Source of the DNA: Octopus bimaculoides
Taxonomy: Eukaryota
DNA length: 39,846 nucleotides
NCBI RefSeq assembly: GCF_001194135.2
Contig: NC_068997.1
Location: 51,541,119-51,580,964 of the forward strand
Direction of reading: 5' to 3'
Shown: piece after piece, positions 34,730 to 39,846 of the stretch
Position numbering within the stretch: position 1 is the first letter of the stretch
Layout of the letters: each line of letters starts with the position of its first letter
Notes under the pieces: model-generated
The model's database searches: none
What the model saw: only the letters and a program-made list of their open reading frames with translations
What the model was told of the DNA's origin: nothing
Position numbers and translations under genes: made by a program

Positions 34730-35345
34730 TTCTTAAACCACCACCACCAACACTACCACTACTAACTCCACCACCACCCTCAGCAGCAGCAGCAGCACCA
34801 CCACCGCCATCACTACCACCTTCACCACAACAGCTACAGCATCATGATAACATCATTTCCACCACGACCATAGCTGCAACACCACAACCACCATAATGAC
34901 ACCACCATCATCACCGCCACCACGACAGCAGTAACACTCCCCTACTCCTACTTCCACTACCATTCCCTCCTGGACACTATCACCGCCGCCATTACTAACC
35001 CCACAACAACTATAACCAGCACTATCAACACTACTAACACCGCAACCACAAACGCCACCACCACAACACGATTCTTACCATTGTCACCACCACTACCAAC
35101 ACTACCTCCGCCGCCGTCGTCGCTACCACCGCCCCCATCTCCACCACCAAAGCTGCCACCATCGCTATCTCCACCACCACCCCTACCACGAACACCACTT
35201 CCTACCACCACAATTACAACCATCACCCCGATAGTCACAAACAGTGCCAACACCACCACGCTTAGTGCAATCACAATTTCTCCCAAAACCACCAATGCCA
35301 CAAACAGCCTCACCACTACCACCGAGACCATGTAACCACCACAGC
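34730..35345. repeat. Degenerate (CCA/CAC/CCG)n trinucleotide region
   Basis: Visible C/A-rich triplet decay; produces Pro/Thr-rich ORFs. Confidence 0.85.
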
Positions 35346-36865
35346 AATCGCGACCACAGCCGCCAAGTATTTCCAAAATATGCCAGCAAGGAAACTTTCT
35401 GTGGTCATTTGTCGTGCTAGAAATAACAGCCAAATTTGTCTTATATCACACTCTTGGATATACCATGTCTGAATTAAAGACGAGGTGGCCACAACTGGAG
35501 CGCTTTGGATCAGGGCCGACCTGAGGATAAACAACAAATCGCAACAACAACATTAGTCTGCTTGACTTGGGGCTAAACGCCCAGAGCTAAAAGGGAGACC
35601 ATAATTGGAAGAGCTTCGATGAAATGTGTGCATTTATTTCGCCAGAAGGCAGAGAGTGGACTGTTGTACCCCAGTATATGACAGGTATTTTGGCTAACCA
35701 GAAGGTTGCAGTGAATTGTTACTACTGAGAATATCTTTAGTCTTTATTCATAAAAGTTACAACGGGGGTAATAAAGAATAATGTTGAATCGTCGGGATTT
35801 GAAACCGCAGTGGAGAGATACGATTAGTCCTGCCCACTGTAACTGCAGCTGCTTGCTGTTGCTATGGTAATATCTACTCTGGTTGGTAATAATAACATCT
35901 CTATTTGTTGGTAGTTTTACTGCTACAGCTGCATCACTTGCAATTTCATGTTGCAACTGTAGTTGCCAATAACATTACATAGAGACTCTAGCATCGATAA
36001 CTCTTGCTGCACACTGCATTGCAATGGCTGCATCAATCACTATCACTCGGTTACTATGGTTAATGCACTAAGAGAAGAACGACATTGCAAGTCCTTGCTG
36101 AATATGCAGTATAATTATTGCAGACTTCGCATAACACCTGCTACTAAAACACAGCTACTGTACATAGATGCAGCTCGTTCAATTTGTTGTCATGCCAACA
36201 TCTACTTATGAATGTTTCATTTCAAAATTGTAATGGCTGACATTGTTGCAGTTTCTAATGGTGCAACATAGTCGACTGTTTCTCATTTCATCTTATTGCA
36301 GCTTTCGTCTTCTGTATCTTGCATTTGTTCAGACTGCATATTTGTGTTATCAACAGTTTTTTTTTTTACATCAGCAGACTGTATTTGATATAGTCTACTG
36401 ATCTAGACTGTAAAATATACTGTTGCATCTATCGCTTTACAACAAACTGCAGTTTTCCATCTTTACTGCACAGTTCGCATCTTTGAAAGAGTTTCACAAG
36501 AACGTGGTTGCTGTTACTGGCAAATTTTGTTATTGTTGTTGTTGTTCTTCAGTCAGCCCACCCTGGATGATAACCAGGTTTATCCAAGCAAATGTGTCTT
36601 GCAGAAATACTTAAAAAAATATATATCAAACTTGGTGGTTGGTGCACAGTTTAACATTTTCAAGCAAACCCCAAAGTCTATTATTAAATTACCAATATGT
36701 CAGCAATGTTCTCTTTCGTAGCCATGGCTGTATCATGGAATATGGTGTCGGCAGTCGATCTTTCGATCAACCCAAGGGAGCTATAATTCCATTGCTGATT
36801 CTAACCGTCGATTACAACTCCTGACATAAGTCTTACACTTTTTATGTTTATTTTTCTTTTTCGAG

Positions 36866-36954
36866 CAGCAGGAAGTCAGGTTTGAACGCAAACTACACAA
36901 TTCGAAGTGATACTGCAAAGCAATATCTAACAATTCTGCTGAATCACCGAACTG
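36866..36954 (+). CDS. Candidate exon with tandem (NAGNAG-type) acceptors
   Basis: Tract ttttatgtttatttttctttttcgAG-cAG-cAG. Phase-2 frame SRKSGLNANYTIRSDTAKQYLTILLNHRT; donor GTGCAT is weak. Confidence 0.3.
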
Positions 36955-37339
36955 GTGCATACACACATACATACATACGTACATAAATGTAGATATACAT
37001 ACAAAAAAACATACATAAATGCATGCATACATACATACATACATGTATAAAAATAAGCATGCATACATACACGTATACACACATGCATGATAGCTGTCGA
37101 CCCATTAAACGCAAATGACCATGGCTGACTAAATCAAATGTACACACACACAAACACACGCATATTGTTATACTTGGTCAGAGATCGCTTAGCAAAAAGG
37201 CACAGAGCTTTCAGCCGGAATTTTGAGAGGCGCTGTCTACTCTCTCCCGTTTGCTAGAGTTTCTACCCGATTCCCTAAATTGTTTTCACAGCTATTCTGC
37301 ATTCGAGTTTCCTTTATTGTCTATAAAATATCTATCTCG

Positions 37340-37500
37340 GCGCCTCTACGTTTGTTTATAAAGAATTTTCTTTATATTGTCTCCGTATTCTTTCTGTTGA
37401 AGAGCGTAGCTCGAAACGTCAAAGACTTTCCGTATTCCCGAGCGTCATACTAATACGTCCTTTTGTTATTTACACCACCTGTCCTCGTCTGTTGTTGTTT
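37340..37500 (+). mobile_element. Penelope-like terminal-repeat fragment
   Basis: Contains the hammerhead-like motif at 37389-37425 and the TTCCCGAGCGTC motif shared with 11062-11212 (minus). Runs into a gap. Confidence 0.62.
37389..37425 (+). ncRNA. Minimal hammerhead-like motif with CUGUUGA core variant
   Basis: UCUUU-CUGUUGA-A-GAGC-GUA-GCUC-GAAA-C-GUC-AAAGA. Perfect 5-bp stem I, 4-bp stem II, palindromic ACGU stem III and a GUC triplet. A6 is replaced by U. Confidence 0.55.
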
Positions 37501-37746
37501 TTTCNNNNNNNNNNNNNNNNNNNNNNNNNNNNNNNNNNNNNNNNNNNNNNNNNNNNNNNNNNNNNNNNNNNNNNNNNNNNNNNNNNNNNNNNNNNNNNNN
37601 NNNNNNNNNNNNNNNNNNNNNNNNNNNNNNNNNNNNNNNNNNNNNNNNNNNNNNNNNNNNNNNNNNNNNNNNNNNNNNNNNNNNNNNNNNNNNNNNNNNN
37701 NNNNNNNNNATATATTGGTAACGTTTACCGGTTTACTCACAGCCAG

Positions 37747-37816
37747 GAATCAAAGGAATTCTATGCCACTACAGATATACTGTATTCGATGCAATTCACC
37801 GTCTTATAGAATATAA
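37747..37816 (+). CDS. Candidate exon (70 nt)
   Basis: Acceptor tttactcacagccAG, donor GTAGAC. Reads (G)IKGILCHYRYTVFDAIHRLIEY (phase 1 to 2), compatible with 36866-36954. Confidence 0.27.
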
Positions 37817-37945
37817 GTAGACATGTTTGTAGGCAAAACTGTACGTTACGAGGGGTGTAAACCATACTTCTGTGTCTACAATTGGTCGATGGCCAGAAAA
37901 TAAAGGACTGACAAGAACTGCCGTGTTTCAATATGTGTTGGTTAT

Positions 37946-38060
37946 GAGATCAAAAAGTTCCCTTCCCAACCACATGATCCTGGATTCTGTTCCACTCCGT
38001 GGTACGTTAGGCAGTTATTTTCTGCTGCCGCCCTGGACTGACCGAAGACTTGGAGATGTT
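37946..38060 (+). mobile_element. SINE family B head, highly diverged
   Basis: ttcccaaccacatgatcctggattctgttccactccgtggtacgttaggcag resembles the family B head. Confidence 0.6.
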
Positions 38061-38120
38061 CTAACGCCCTTGTCATGTTTAGTGAAATTATAGTTTTCCT
38101 TTTGGGTACACATTGCATAC

Positions 38121-38159
<39 letters not shown>

Positions 38160-38545
38160 NNNNNNNNNNNNNNNNNNNNNNNNNNNNNNNNNNNNNNNNN
38201 NNNNNNNNNNNNNNNNNNNNNNNNNNNNNNNNNNNNNNNNNNNNNNNNNNNNNNNNNNNNNNNNNNNNNNNNNNNNNNNNNNNNNNNNNNNNNNNNNNNN
38301 NNNNNNNNNNNNNNNNNNNNNNNNNNNNNNNNNNNNNNNNNNNNNNNNNNNNNNNNNNNNNNNNNNNNNNNNNNNNNNNNNNNNNNNNNNNNNNNNNNNN
38401 NNNNNNNNNNNNNNNNNNNNNNNNNNNNNNNNNNNNNNNNNNNNNNNNNNNNNNNNNNNNNNNNNNNNNNNNNNNNNNNNNNNNNNNNNNNNNNNNNNNN
38501 NNNNNNNNNNNNNNNNNNNNNNNNNNNNNNNNNNNNNNNNNNNNN

Positions 38546-38583
<38 letters not shown>

Positions 38584-38589
38584 TCTGTG

Positions 38590-38732
38590 TCACGAGGAAT
38601 CTCGCTGAGAACTACATTAATGGCACTGGTGTTTGTAGAGTGCTCAACCACTTGCACGTTAATTTCACGTGCAGGCTCTTCCGTTTATCGGATTAACTGG
38701 ATCACTCGTCGTCGTCACCGACGGAGTGCCAC
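38590..38732 (+). mobile_element. Short interspersed element C (copy 4)
   Basis: gaatctcgctgaagaactac..gagtgctcaaccacttgcacgttaatttcacg..ctcgtcgtcgtcaccgacggagtgccac. Confidence 0.85.
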
Positions 38733-39758
38733 TTTTATACTGTGTATCAGGTGAACTAATCCGCAGCATGTTTAACAAGTGTATTTCAAACATGCCTGTG
38801 CATATCAGATGGACGAAACCTGCTGTCCACCACTTATTTGTGTATTTAGCAAATACATTTAACGTGTATTTGTGTGTGGCCAGTGAATTAGAAATCTTTT
38901 TTCCCTACTCAGCGATTTGAACATGCGTTTGTTTGTATTAAGGTGAACAAGACTGTCTGCGTATTTAGCATGTGCCAGCATGCATCAGAGGAACAAGCGT
39001 TCGCTGTCTTAATTCTATCTGGAAGTTTCTGTGCACATCAGTGGAATTAGTCTCCCCTGTTCACTACTTTAAAACTGTATATCTAACAAGTGTATGTCAG
39101 TGAACAACCTTAACAAACAACCACTTATGTATACACAAAGAGAACGAGAGAGAAAGAGTTGGGGGGTGCGTAAGGTAGGCACACCTACTATTTTCCTACA
39201 TTAAAATTGTTGGACAAAAAAAAAAAAACAACCCATTTCTATACCATCTTAAGTAATAGTACTAAAAATTGTTAAGTGTCTAAAGCAAGTTCCTCTATTA
39301 ATGAGTTGTTATTTTAACTGTTACTGCTACTTTTGTTGTTGTTGATTGTGTTCTTGCTGTTGTTTATTTTATGCTTGCAGCTGTTATTTTGTTGCAATTC
39401 ATTCATTTTAGTGATAATACAAAGTATAGATTATTTAGTGATGCTCCTGTTGCTATCGGTGTTGTAACTGTTATTGGTGTTGATGTTGCTACTGTTGTCG
39501 TGATTATTATGGTCGTAATACTCTTATAACATTTTACGTTCGTTGCTGTAGAAATGTGTTTTTTTTTCTTCTTTAAGTACTGGGCAGCATTTTTGTTATT
39601 TCTTATCGCATGAACGTGTATATAGTTATGTGTATATAGTTATGTGTTTAAGTTTGTATATATCGGTATTCATTATCTTTGCAGTTAATATTTATACCCA
39701 CTTTATGCGTTTATGACTGTATGTATGCAAGTATGTATGTTTGTGTGTAGAGTTACAT

Positions 39759-39801
<43 letters not shown>

Positions 39802-39846
39802 TTATATATATTTATATCTATATATATATAATATATATATATATAT

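Overview
AT-rich eukaryotic (metazoan) draft-genome window with many microsatellites and about 12 N gaps. The SINE families look like those I recall from octopus/coleoid cephalopod genomes (inference, not verified). Recognisable content is mostly mobile DNA: two tRNA-headed SINE families in many copies and both orientations, a third short repeat in four copies, six 3' fragments of restriction-like-endonuclease (R4/Dong-type) non-LTR retrotransposons, two RTE LINE fragments, one CR1/L2-group fragment, and a pogo/Tigger-like MITE. There are also Penelope-like terminal-repeat fragments carrying minimal hammerhead-ribozyme motifs: one with an intact core at 11112-11146 (minus), one core variant at 37389-37425, and one degenerate copy inside a 40-bp inverted repeat at 2602-2708. 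No host gene can be named. A series of small plus-strand exon candidates with good splice sites and compatible phases (best at 16112-17206, 19866-19895 and 33533-33610) suggests an unannotated multi-exon gene spanning much of the window; this is a hypothesis. Most ORFs in the supplied track are artefacts of microsatellites or N runs.
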